A stretch of DNA of 58,243 bases from Bacteroidales bacterium (GTDB lineage Bacteria > Bacteroidota > Bacteroidia > Bacteroidales > UBA4417), in contig JBBRYZ010000004.1 of NCBI GenBank assembly GCA_038237165.1, positions 1 to 58,243 on the forward strand, given 5' to 3'. The notes below the pieces were generated by a model. The model did not search any database. It worked only from the letters and a program-made list of their open reading frames with translations, and was not told the origin of the DNA. Each line of letters starts with the position of its first letter. Position 1 is the first letter of the stretch. A program made the translations under genes and the position numbers. Positions 28,728-37,532 of the stretch are shown here, piece after piece.

Positions 28728-31379
28728 TTAAGCCAGACCTTCGTAAGCTCTGGTGAACATTTCCTTTATTTCGAGAATGGATGGATAGCGTGGATTGGCA
28801 CCTGTACATTGATCGTCGAAAGCATTTTCCGAAAGCTGATCGAGACGTGCATAAAATTCCTTTTCAGGAACACCCGCATCCTTTATAGAAGCCGGAATAC
28901 CAACAGCCGCCTTTAGTTTATCAATGGCAGCAATAAGTCCTACCACTTTTTCTTCAGGAGTTGCTCCCTGAATACCCAGATAATCAGCCAGGCGGGCATA
29001 GCGGTAAATGGCATCGGGATATTTGTATTGAGGGAACGTAGCCTGTTTTCGTGGTGAGTTGGTGGCATTGAAGCGAATAACTTCATTAATAAGCAATGCG
29101 TTGGCAAGCCCATGAGGAACGTGAAATTCAGAACCCAGCTTGTGAGCCATGGAATGACATACACCCAGGAACGCATTTGCAAAAGCAATGCCGGCAATGG
29201 TGGCGGCGTAATGTATTTTTTCTCTGGCTTTCTGATTGCCACTTCCTTCGGTAACAGAGGCTTCGAGGTATTTGAAAATCAATCTGGCAGCTTCGAGCGC
29301 GTAAGGATTTGTGAACTCGGTTGCAAAAACCGAAGCCAGCGCCTCAACGGCATGGGTAAGTGCATCAACTCCTGACCAGGCGGCAAGTTTGGCAGGCATA
29401 GTCAGTACAAATTCAGGGTCGATAATGGCCATATTAGGCGTAAGCGAATAATCGGCGATTGGATATTTAATACCGGTTTTTTCATCCGTAACAACGGCAA
29501 AAGGAGTTACCTCGGAACCGGTGCCTGATGTGGTGGGAATAGCTACCATCATTGCCTTTTTGCCCAAAGCGGGAAACGCATAAATACGTTTGCGGATATC
29601 CATAAACCGAAGCGCAAGACCTTCGAACTCCATTTCGGGATGCTCGTACATAAGCCACATAATTTTAGCAGCATCCATTGCCGATCCGCCGCCGAGGGCA
29701 ATAATTACATCCGGCTGGAACGGACACATACGGGCCAGCCCTTTGCGGACATTGGCAAGCGTAGGATCAGGTTCTACTTCATAAAACACATTGGATTCGA
29801 TGTTCAGATTGTTAAGATACCTGACAACTTTTTCGCAATATCCGAGGTCGTAAATTGGTTTGTCAGTAACAATAAATGCTTTTTTCTTTCCTGCCAGATC
29901 CTGCAATGCTATTGGCAGTGAGCCTGTTTTGAAATAGATTTTTTCGGGCATACGAAGCCAAAGCATGTTTTCTCTCCTTTCGGCGTTGGTTTTTATATTT
30001 ATCAGATGTTTTATTCCTACGTTTTCGCTCACTGAATTCCCGCCCCACGATCCACATCCTAAGGTAAGCGATGGTTCCAGCCTGAAGTTATAAATATCGC
30101 CAATGGCTCCCTGCGAAGCCGGCATGTTGATCAGCAACCTTCCTGTTTTGATCAGCGAGCTGAACGATTCGATGCGATCGGTATTTTTAGGATCGGTGTA
30201 TAAAACCGAGGTATGGCCAATGCCTCCGAATTTCACCAACTGAGTTGCCAGGTATTCGGCTTCGCGGAAATCGCCTGCTTTGTATAACGCCAGGATGGGC
30301 GAAAGCTTTTCGTAACTAAAAGGCTCGGATACGCTTATTTCAGTGGCTTCGCCGATAAGCACCTTGGTGTTTTCGGGCACAGTTATGCCAGCCATTAAAG
30401 CGATATTAAAGGCTGATTGTCCTACGATGGCTGAATTTAAATGTGCATTCACGATCATTGTTTTGCCCACTTTTTCCTTTTCGTCAGCATTGAGGATATA
30501 TGCCTTATTATCGAGCAGGAGTTGTTTCACCTTATCGTAAACACTTGCTACAACCACCAGCGATTGCTCTGAAGCGCAGATCATACCGTTATCAAATGTT
30601 TTTGACATCAGAACCGAGCTTACCGCCATTTTCAGATTCGCGGTTTCGTCGATAATGGCAGGAGTATTTCCAGCACCCACGCCAATGGCCGGAACGCCGG
30701 ATGAATATGCCGCTTTTACCATTCCGGGGCCTCCTGTTGCCAGGATAAGGTTTAGATCCCGGTGATGCATAAGGTATTGCGAAGCCTCCACAGTGGGCAA
30801 ATCTATCCAGCCGATAATACCTTCGGGCGCACCGGCTTCTACAGCGGCATTAAGTACAATGCGGGCGGCTTCGATAGTTGATTTTGCAGCCCGGGGATGC
30901 GGCGAAAAAATAATGCCATTCCGAGTTTTTAAGGTGATGAGCGCTTTAAAAATTGCGGTAGAAGTTGGATTTGTGGTTGGCACAATGCCGGCTATTACTC
31001 CAATAGGCTCCGCATATTTCCTTATTCCGAATGTAAGATCCTCCTCGATCAGGCCAACCGTTTTTTCATCTTTATACTTGTTGTAAATGTATTCGGAAGC
31101 AAATTGATTTTTGATAACCTTGTCTTCAATTACGCCCATTCCGGTTTCTTCAACCGCCATCCTGGCAAGTTTAATCCTGTTCTGCGCTGCGGCAAAAGCG
31201 GCTTTCTGAAATATATGGTCAACTTGTTGCTGAGTGAAGGTGCGGTATATTTTCTGTGCATTTACAACTTTTTGAATTGTAGCTTCGATTACCGAAAACC
31301 TGTTTCCAATATTGATTTCCGCACTTACAGCTATGCCTTCGGTCTGCACTCCGGGTTCTTTCCTTGTTGATGTTTTCAT
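28728..31379 (-). CDS. adhE: Bifunctional acetaldehyde-CoA/alcohol dehydrogenase
   Basis: ALDH domain (PTTNPT, GVGAGN, CASEQ), linker AERRENM, Fe-ADH domain (GGGSAMD, DALTHAVE, HSMAHKLG..PHG). Confidence 0.97.
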   Translation of the reverse strand: MKTSTRKEPGVQTEGIAVSAEINIGNRFSVIEATIQKVVNAQKIYRTFTQQQVDHIFQKAAFAAAQNRIKLARMAVEETGMGVIEDKVIKNQFASEYIYNKYKDEKTVGLIEEDLTFGIRKYAEPIGVIAGIVPTTNPTSTAIFKALITLKTRNGIIFSPHPRAAKSTIEAARIVLNAAVEAGAPEGIIGWIDLPTVEASQYLMHHRDLNLILATGGPGMVKAAYSSGVPAIGVGAGNTPAIIDETANLKMAVSSVLMSKTFDNGMICASEQSLVVVASVYDKVKQLLLDNKAYILNADEKEKVGKTMIVNAHLNSAIVGQSAFNIALMAGITVPENTKVLIGEATEISVSEPFSYEKLSPILALYKAGDFREAEYLATQLVKFGGIGHTSVLYTDPKNTDRIESFSSLIKTGRLLINMPASQGAIGDIYNFRLEPSLTLGCGSWGGNSVSENVGIKHLINIKTNAERRENMLWLRMPEKIYFKTGSLPIALQDLAGKKKAFIVTDKPIYDLGYCEKVVRYLNNLNIESNVFYEVEPDPTLANVRKGLARMCPFQPDVIIALGGGSAMDAAKIMWLMYEHPEMEFEGLALRFMDIRKRIYAFPALGKKAMMVAIPTTSGTGSEVTPFAVVTDEKTGIKYPIADYSLTPNMAIIDPEFVLTMPAKLAAWSGVDALTHAVEALASVFATEFTNPYALEAARLIFKYLEASVTEGSGNQKAREKIHYAATIAGIAFANAFLGVCHSMAHKLGSEFHVPHGLANALLINEVIRFNATNSPRKQATFPQYKYPDAIYRYARLADYLGIQGATPEEKVVGLIAAIDKLKAAVGIPASIKDAGVPEKEFYARLDQLSENAFDDQCTGANPRYPSILEIKEMFTRAYEGLA

Positions 31380-31399
31380 TGTAGTTCTATATTTTAAAA

Positions 31400-31666
31400 T
31401 TAGCTTACTGTTTGTTTTTCGAGCGAATACAGGTATTCTATTATTTTTTCCTGCGATGCCTGTGGAATCAGTTTCCCGTCGATTTCCACATAAGGCGGCA
31501 TGGGTTTACTTTTCAGCAAATCGCATCCTAAGCATACGGCGGCTTCCACATATACTTTATCTTTCAGGTCTTCGGGAAGATGATCCTTGATGTCCTTAAG
31601 TTCATGATTTCCCATTACATAGCATTGAGTTCCAACGCAGATTTTCAATTTTAACTTCTTTTCCAT
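31400..31666 (-). CDS. Thioredoxin-like [2Fe-2S] ferredoxin (NuoE-like)
   Basis: ICVGTQC...CLGC...PPYVEIDG. Confidence 0.8.
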   Translation of the reverse strand: MEKKLKLKICVGTQCYVMGNHELKDIKDHLPEDLKDKVYVEAAVCLGCDLLKSKPMPPYVEIDGKLIPQASQEKIIEYLYSLEKQTVS

Positions 31667-31677
31667 TTTCGTAATTT

Positions 31678-32865
31678 TTACAGGTATTGTACTTTAACTT
31701 GTTTCAGAAATTTTTCTTCGAGTATGCATATGATTTTTTTAATGACATTCCTTCGTATTTCCAATTCAACAGGCAGGTTAGGATCCTGGTGCGCAACATT
31801 TACGCAAGTGCCTACCAGAAAATGAATTACGTCGGCATTCATCATATAGTTAATAATGGAAGCTGCCGGTCCTTCGATGGGAATATCCTGATTTTGAAGG
31901 GTTTTAAGTATCTGGCAAACTTTATCAAGGGTCAGGATTCCTTCGGTTACCAGATCAATCCCATCCATTTTAAAAGCCGGCGGAAGGCCGTAAATCATTT
32001 TGTCCATCGGCTCGGGTACTATCTCCCTGTTTAATTCGCGGGAGATAATTCTGGCTGTTGTACCTCCGCAAAGAATTTTAGTTCCTTTAAACTCATTTAC
32101 TGAATTAGCCAGAAATTTATCCTTAGCCTCAGTAAATGGCGGGCCTGAGCATAACAGGAGTTGGCGGGGTTTCCGGCGAAAGAATACGGCACAGCTTGCA
32201 TCGTCCTGTAGTTTATAAATATCATTTTGCGAAGCCTTTTTCACTACCGCTTTCGCCAAATCGCTGGCTGAAACTATCAGAGAAGCGGCGTTTTTTCTGA
32301 TCACAAAATCCTGCAGATTTTTATTCCCCCAGCCAAATGGCATACCGGCATTTCCTATTCCGGACTGAGTAATACCATCGCTAACCATTACCAGCCGGTC
32401 GTTTTCGAGAAGATTAAAGTTGGAAACATCCAGTTCGTTCATCTTGCCCGAATTGTTAAGCTGCATGGTTTCACGTTCCGGATTAATGATTTCGCCATTG
32501 CGTTCAATAAAAAAGGAAGGATTTCCGTATTCAATTACCGTTGTATCTCCTTCAAAATCAACATCTACAATAGTAAATGTTGAATAGCTGATTCCCCTAA
32601 TGCTATCAATGGGAAGTGTATCCATAATCCATTTGGCGGATTTAATTATGGGCTCGTGATGCAGACGGAAATTTAAAGCCATGCTGGCGGTGAGCGACGA
32701 TAGCACATTCGCTTTTATGCCGCTGCCCAGTCCATCGGATAATACTGCGACATAGCGGTTTTCGCCGGATACTTTTTTTGAAAGGAATGTATCGCCACAA
32801 ACCACTTTGTTGTTCTTATTCAACTGGTAAGCGCCAATTTCGATAATCAGATCATTTTCAGCCAT
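31678..32865 (-). CDS. SpoIIE/PP2C-family Ser/Thr phosphatase, HfsC-like
   Basis: CGDTF, LSDGLGSG, VSDGITQSG, QDDAS; C-terminal CGGTTA...EGILTL domain. Confidence 0.9.
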   Translation of the reverse strand: MAENDLIIEIGAYQLNKNNKVVCGDTFLSKKVSGENRYVAVLSDGLGSGIKANVLSSLTASMALNFRLHHEPIIKSAKWIMDTLPIDSIRGISYSTFTIVDVDFEGDTTVIEYGNPSFFIERNGEIINPERETMQLNNSGKMNELDVSNFNLLENDRLVMVSDGITQSGIGNAGMPFGWGNKNLQDFVIRKNAASLIVSASDLAKAVVKKASQNDIYKLQDDASCAVFFRRKPRQLLLCSGPPFTEAKDKFLANSVNEFKGTKILCGGTTARIISRELNREIVPEPMDKMIYGLPPAFKMDGIDLVTEGILTLDKVCQILKTLQNQDIPIEGPAASIINYMMNADVIHFLVGTCVNVAHQDPNLPVELEIRRNVIKKIICILEEKFLKQVKVQYL

Positions 32866-32866
32866 T

Positions 32867-34594
32867 TCAGTTGTCTAATTCGTTTGCAGCTTCCGGTCCT
32901 TCGGATTCAATAATAGTGTTGAGCATGGATTCGGTATAGGATGCATTTTCGCCCAGAAGAAAGGCAATTTTCTGAACCACAGCCATATTTTGGTGAATTA
33001 CATCTTTAACCGAACTTTTTATCATGGCATTGCGGACTTCGGGTTCGCGAATATTCTGTATTACCCCGCAAACGATTTTGCCGGGTTGTATGGTTACGAT
33101 GGAAACATGCAGCATCAGCCCATTGTCACGAATGGTGTGTTCTATCATTTCCTCGCCGGTGCGGAGTACGGAAGTGAACATTTTATAAAATGGTATAAGT
33201 TTGCGCAAATCAGCTTTTTCGAGGCTGTTATCCAGTTCATAAAGGGATTGAACTTCGCCACCCAGTATTTCAGCGAATTTTTTGTTCGAATCGATTACTT
33301 TGAGGTTTTCGTCAGCAATTACAACGCCGTAAGGTATTTTTTTGAGAAGCACCGATGCCTTTCCGTGAGCCACTTTACGGGTATATGAAACACACATCAT
33401 GCGTTCAGCTTTGCCTTCGACCATTGCTTTTGCAAAATCGCGGCAGTTATCGTATCCGCATCCGCCACAGTTTAGTTCATCACTTGTGTCGAACTTGCCA
33501 GCTGCATGCAAGGCAGAGGTTATTTCATCAGGGGTTATTTGCTGATGCAAAAGAGGATGAATCTGTTCGAAACTGGCAGATAACTCCATGGTATATGGGA
33601 GTCCTGGTATGGTAGGCTTCAGGTTGCGGGTTGCTTCGAGTACTTTCTGGCGTTTCAGAGCGGCCGAAGCTGAGCTTGTTGTTCCGGGACCTTTGATGCA
33701 GCCGCCTTCACAAGCCAGGAGCTCTAGAAAAATCTTCTCATCGGTTTTCCAATCATTCAGATCAGTAAGCACATCTTTAATATGATTGATACCCGAAAAC
33801 GACATATAGGATAAATCGGTAATCTCTGCCTTGGTTTTAAGGTTGGCAATCATTCCTCCATCCACCGGAAAGAAATTTCCTTTTCCTGCAGGATAAGGGA
33901 TAAAGGCCTTGTCCACTGAAGTTTTTATATTCTGCCAGCCTGGAAGCTCAGTTTCCAGCCAATCATTCAGATCGCGGAAAGTAAGCACAACATCTGTGAA
34001 TCCATGGTCGAGTTCAGTCTTTTTGGCAATGCAGGGGCCAAAAAAAGCAATCTTTATATCAGACCCATACATCTCCTGCAGCATTTGGGCATGAGCCTGC
34101 ATAGGTGATACAATCGGAATAAGGTGTGATTTAAGTTCTGGATAATAACGGCAGATAAATTGTACTACCGAAGGGCAACATGAAGAAATAAATATACCAT
34201 TCGTCTGATTTTCAATCCACTCTGCAGTTTGTCTGGATACAATTTCGGCACCCAAAGCTGTTTCCGAAACTCCAAAGAAGCCAAGCCTGGAAAATATTCC
34301 GGAAAGTTGTGTTGCATTCATGCCCGGAAATTCGCTCACCCACGAAGGTGCCACACACGCGATAACTTTTGCACCACTGCCGAGGTATCTGTGTAATTCA
34401 GGCATATCATCACGCACTGTTTTGGCACCTACCGGGCAAACCTGTACACAATGACCACAAAATATACATTGTTCGGGGATGATGGATGCACTGCCGTCTT
34501 CAATCTTAATTGCCTTAACAGGGCACTGGCGTATGCATTTGTAACAATCCTGGCAATTGTTTTTTTCGGTATAAATAGGTTGCAGACGATTCAT
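32867..34594 (-). CDS. Group C putative sensory [FeFe] hydrogenase with FeS and PAS-like domains (HfsB/HydS-like)
   Basis: CQDCYKCIRQCP, SSCCPSVV, GPCIAKKTE, ELLACEGGCIKGP, LNCGGCGYDNC, C-terminal PAS-like IPYGVVIADENLKV. Confidence 0.9.
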   Translation of the reverse strand: MNRLQPIYTEKNNCQDCYKCIRQCPVKAIKIEDGSASIIPEQCIFCGHCVQVCPVGAKTVRDDMPELHRYLGSGAKVIACVAPSWVSEFPGMNATQLSGIFSRLGFFGVSETALGAEIVSRQTAEWIENQTNGIFISSCCPSVVQFICRYYPELKSHLIPIVSPMQAHAQMLQEMYGSDIKIAFFGPCIAKKTELDHGFTDVVLTFRDLNDWLETELPGWQNIKTSVDKAFIPYPAGKGNFFPVDGGMIANLKTKAEITDLSYMSFSGINHIKDVLTDLNDWKTDEKIFLELLACEGGCIKGPGTTSSASAALKRQKVLEATRNLKPTIPGLPYTMELSASFEQIHPLLHQQITPDEITSALHAAGKFDTSDELNCGGCGYDNCRDFAKAMVEGKAERMMCVSYTRKVAHGKASVLLKKIPYGVVIADENLKVIDSNKKFAEILGGEVQSLYELDNSLEKADLRKLIPFYKMFTSVLRTGEEMIEHTIRDNGLMLHVSIVTIQPGKIVCGVIQNIREPEVRNAMIKSSVKDVIHQNMAVVQKIAFLLGENASYTESMLNTIIESEGPEAANELDN

Positions 34595-34626
34595 GGCAGA
34601 GTTGTTATCAGCGAAAGCGTAAATAG

Positions 34627-34923
34627 TTAAAGTCCGAAATGAAAGCGCAATACTTTTTCGAGTTTTGCCGGATCAACTTCGCTGTACATAATGTCGTCGA
34701 TTTCAATATTCGGGCCGGTAATACATTGGTCAATACAAAGATGACCGGCAAAATCCACCTTGTCAGTAACTTTATTCACTTTCAGAAAGCGTTCGATATA
34801 CTCCAGGTTTGTTTCTTTGGCTTTTGAAAAGCATGAACTTCCGAGGCAAATCCTGATCTTATGAACGGTTGCTTTCGTTTCGGTTTTCTGCTGAATGGTT
34901 TGAAGGTTGCTTTGAGTGTTCAT
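34627..34923 (-). CDS. Thioredoxin-like [2Fe-2S] ferredoxin, HfsA-like
   Basis: ICLGSSCFSK...GHLCIDQCITGPNIEID; start 34923 or 34956. Confidence 0.85.
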   Translation of the reverse strand: MNTQSNLQTIQQKTETKATVHKIRICLGSSCFSKAKETNLEYIERFLKVNKVTDKVDFAGHLCIDQCITGPNIEIDDIMYSEVDPAKLEKVLRFHFGL

Positions 34924-34959
34924 TGTCTTTGAAATTTGATGATCAATTAAGATCATCTA

Positions 34960-34977
34960 TTGTTATTTGATTAACAA
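34960..34977. promoter_or_regulatory. Rex-type operator
   Basis: TTGTTATTTGATTAACAA, one mismatch from TTGTTAA-N4-TTAACAA; the dyad extends to TATTGTTA/TAACAATA. Confidence 0.65.
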
Positions 34978-34980
34978 TAA

Positions 34981-34996
34981 GACAAGTAACATGCCA
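34981..34996 (-). promoter_or_regulatory. Sigma54 (-24/-12) promoter of the hfs-adhE operon
   Basis: Minus strand TGGCATGTTACTTGTC against TGGCACG-N4-TTGCW; spacing is correct, -12 reads GT instead of GC; adjacent bEBP gene. Confidence 0.75.
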
Positions 34997-35003
34997 TGAA
35001 TTA

Positions 35004-35016
35004 CAACTATCTGATT
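35004..35016 (-). promoter_or_regulatory. IHF-type bending site
   Basis: AATCAGATAGTTG matches WATCAR-N4-TTR, between the enhancer boxes and the -24 element. Confidence 0.45.
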
Positions 35017-35169
35017 GAGTAATTTTTATATAGAAGAAAAGTGGTTTATAGAATGGAATTCATCAATTAAATAATTGAAATAGTAATATCATTCCACTGA
35101 AAGAGAGTAACAAACTTTTAAGCAATGCTTTATGATGATTTTTTAACATGAAAAAGGTCGGGATAAAAA

Positions 35170-35246
35170 CTTAAATTGTCCTGAGTCAGGACAATTTAAG
35201 ATATTTTTAACTGTTCGAAAACAGGACAGTGTTCAGTTTCAGTACA
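35170..35246. promoter_or_regulatory. Three TGT-N11-ACA enhancer (UAS) boxes
   Basis: TGTCCTGAGTCAGGACA 35177-35193 (inside a 15-bp-arm perfect dyad), TGTTCGAAAACAGGACA 35212-35228, TGTTCAGTTTCAGTACA 35230-35246. Confidence 0.7.
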
Positions 35247-35251
35247 GTTGT

Positions 35252-37177
35252 TCAGGAATTGAAAGTTGAAACGTGCAGCAGATCATACCTTTTCATTTTC
35301 TGGTAGAGCGTATTCCTGCTTATTCCAAGGGATTCTGCTGATTTTGAAATATTATTCTGAAAATGTGCTATCGTGCGAATAATATTATTTTTCTCATGTT
35401 CATCCAGGCTCCTTATTTCTTCTTTGTCCGGATGTGGAAGCTGAGGTTGCGCTATTCTGGAAGAGCCCTGTGGCGCCAAATGTAAAATACTGTTCTTATC
35501 AAGATTACCTTTGAGTATCACGGCTCGTTCCATCAGGTTTTCGAGTTCACGGATATTCCCAGGCCAGTTGTATTGCACAAGAGCCTCAACGAGGTCGGGC
35601 TTAAGTTCGGGAATGGGAATATCGAAGCGGGCAGCATTCCGTTTCAGAAAATGATGCATAAGCGGAAGAATATCCTCCCTGCGATCGCGAAGCGGCGGTA
35701 TCACTACCTCGAATACATTGAGCCGGTAATACAAATCGAGTCGGAATTTACCTGCCTTTACTTCGTCTTCAAGATTCTTGTTGGTTGCAGCGATAATTCT
35801 CACATTAACCGGCACCGGATTATTGCCTCCGACGCGGATAACGGCTTTTTCCTGAATGGCGCGCAGAAGTTTCACCTGCATTTCGAGGGGCATTTCGCCA
35901 ATTTCGTCCAGGAAGAGTGTTCCTTTATCGGCAAGTTCAAATTTACCGGTTTTCCCTCCTTTTTTTGCCCCGGTAAAAGCACCATCGGCATACCCGAACA
36001 ATTCGCTTTCGATGAGTGATTCGGAAATTGCGCCACAATTGATGGCAACAAAAGGACGGTCGCGCCTGGGGCCGGCATGATGAATACTTTGAGCTATGAT
36101 CTCCTTTCCGGTTCCCGATTCGCCGCTGATCAAAACTGAGGAATGATTTTTTGCGATTGTTTTTGAGTATCGAATTAACTCAGTGGTTTGTTTGCTTTCG
36201 CCGATAAAATCAGTAAATGAATACCTTGTACTATATTCAGTGTACTTATTGATCATTTTTAAAATACCACTGATTTCCCTGAACGACAGCAGGTAGCCAA
36301 GGATTTCTTCCTCTTTGGTTTTGATAAGAAAGGCATTGAACAGAAACCGATCTTTAACTTTTGAAATGCTGAAACGGTTTTCTTCGTCAGAATAGGTTTC
36401 ATTTTGAAGAATGATTTCTTTAACCTGAAACCAGTCGGGAAAAATATGCTCAATTGGTTTGTCGATTAAATCGAGCCGCCGTGTATTTATGGAACGGCAT
36501 GCAGTATCGTTAACCCAAAGGATATGATCGTTCAGATTTATCGCGAAGAGCCCGTATGTGAGGTTATTCATCATCGAAAAAGCGAACTGATTTGAGCTGT
36601 GTAACTGTTTCTGTATATTGATATTGTTGATGTGGTATTCTATAGTTGCAACGGCAGCTACCACCATGCCAAGGGTATGCGGATGAACAAGTTCGCTTTT
36701 TCCAGTAAGATTCAGAACGCCGATAATGTTTTTAGATGCATCATGAATAGGTGCAGCCGAGCAGGTCCATTGATGGAAAATCGTGATAAAATGCTCATTG
36801 GCAGTAATCTGAATAGGACAATTTTCGGACAAGGCGGTTCCTACAGCATTGGTTCCTGCATTTTTTTCGTCCATATAAGCTCCCAAAACCAGGTTATGCC
36901 TTGCAGCTTCATCCAGCGGCTCAGTATCTCCGGCCATTTCGATAATCCGGCCATTTTTATCCGTGAGTATAATGATGAAACCGGAGTTTTTCAGGAAGTC
37001 GTATAAATCCTCAATGATAGGGGAAGTAATCTCGATAAGATCAGCGTTTTCCTTAAGCAGCTTCCGTATCTGAGGCGCTGTACTAAATCGTGTGTGATCA
37101 ACACCATCTTTGGCGATCCCGAATTCCTTACTTCTTTTATGCGACTGTTTAATGATCTCTTTGTGATTCCTGTCCAT
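35252..37177 (-). CDS. Sigma54-dependent transcriptional activator, AcoR-type (GAF-PAS-AAA+-Fis HTH)
   Basis: GAF motif GTNAVGTAL..EHF..WTCSAAPI; GESGTGKE, GAFTGA, LFLDE, DLYYRLN; HTH LGISRNTLY; start set to the ATG at 37177. Confidence 0.92.
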   Translation of the reverse strand: MDRNHKEIIKQSHKRSKEFGIAKDGVDHTRFSTAPQIRKLLKENADLIEITSPIIEDLYDFLKNSGFIIILTDKNGRIIEMAGDTEPLDEAARHNLVLGAYMDEKNAGTNAVGTALSENCPIQITANEHFITIFHQWTCSAAPIHDASKNIIGVLNLTGKSELVHPHTLGMVVAAVATIEYHINNINIQKQLHSSNQFAFSMMNNLTYGLFAINLNDHILWVNDTACRSINTRRLDLIDKPIEHIFPDWFQVKEIILQNETYSDEENRFSISKVKDRFLFNAFLIKTKEEEILGYLLSFREISGILKMINKYTEYSTRYSFTDFIGESKQTTELIRYSKTIAKNHSSVLISGESGTGKEIIAQSIHHAGPRRDRPFVAINCGAISESLIESELFGYADGAFTGAKKGGKTGKFELADKGTLFLDEIGEMPLEMQVKLLRAIQEKAVIRVGGNNPVPVNVRIIAATNKNLEDEVKAGKFRLDLYYRLNVFEVVIPPLRDRREDILPLMHHFLKRNAARFDIPIPELKPDLVEALVQYNWPGNIRELENLMERAVILKGNLDKNSILHLAPQGSSRIAQPQLPHPDKEEIRSLDEHEKNNIIRTIAHFQNNISKSAESLGISRNTLYQKMKRYDLLHVSTFNS

Positions 37178-37202
37178 TAAGTAGTTGTGATAAATTAAAG
37201 TG

Positions 37203-37210
37203 CAAAGGTA
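37203..37210 (-). promoter_or_regulatory. Housekeeping -7 element for the activator gene
   Basis: TACCTTTG on the minus strand, 25 bp upstream of ATG 37177. Confidence 0.55.
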
Positions 37211-37532
37211 AGTGGTTTTCGCTGGTCTCCAATCTGCAACTGTCACCACATTTCTCAAACAGATATGTAATTGCCAGAACTAATGAGATGTAACATATTG
37301 AATATCATAGTATTCGTTTATTAGCCCAAACTTGTTCCCAGGCGAATCAAAATCAATAAAATTGCCCAGTAAAGAAATTGAGATTCGAGTGTAAATATTT
37401 ATTTTAAGATTATTCCAAATAGCCTATTACAAATTGGTAAAATAGCTATTAACTTATACATTTCATTACTTGGCCGGCTCTATCCTAACTACATTTTTCT
37501 GATTATCAGATATCTACTACTAACGAGGAACT

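Noticed and set aside
35170-35200. 31-bp dyad as merely the activator gene's terminator
   Set aside because: It has a one-base loop, no clean adjacent U tract, and its core matches two neighbouring boxes; a dual role is not excluded
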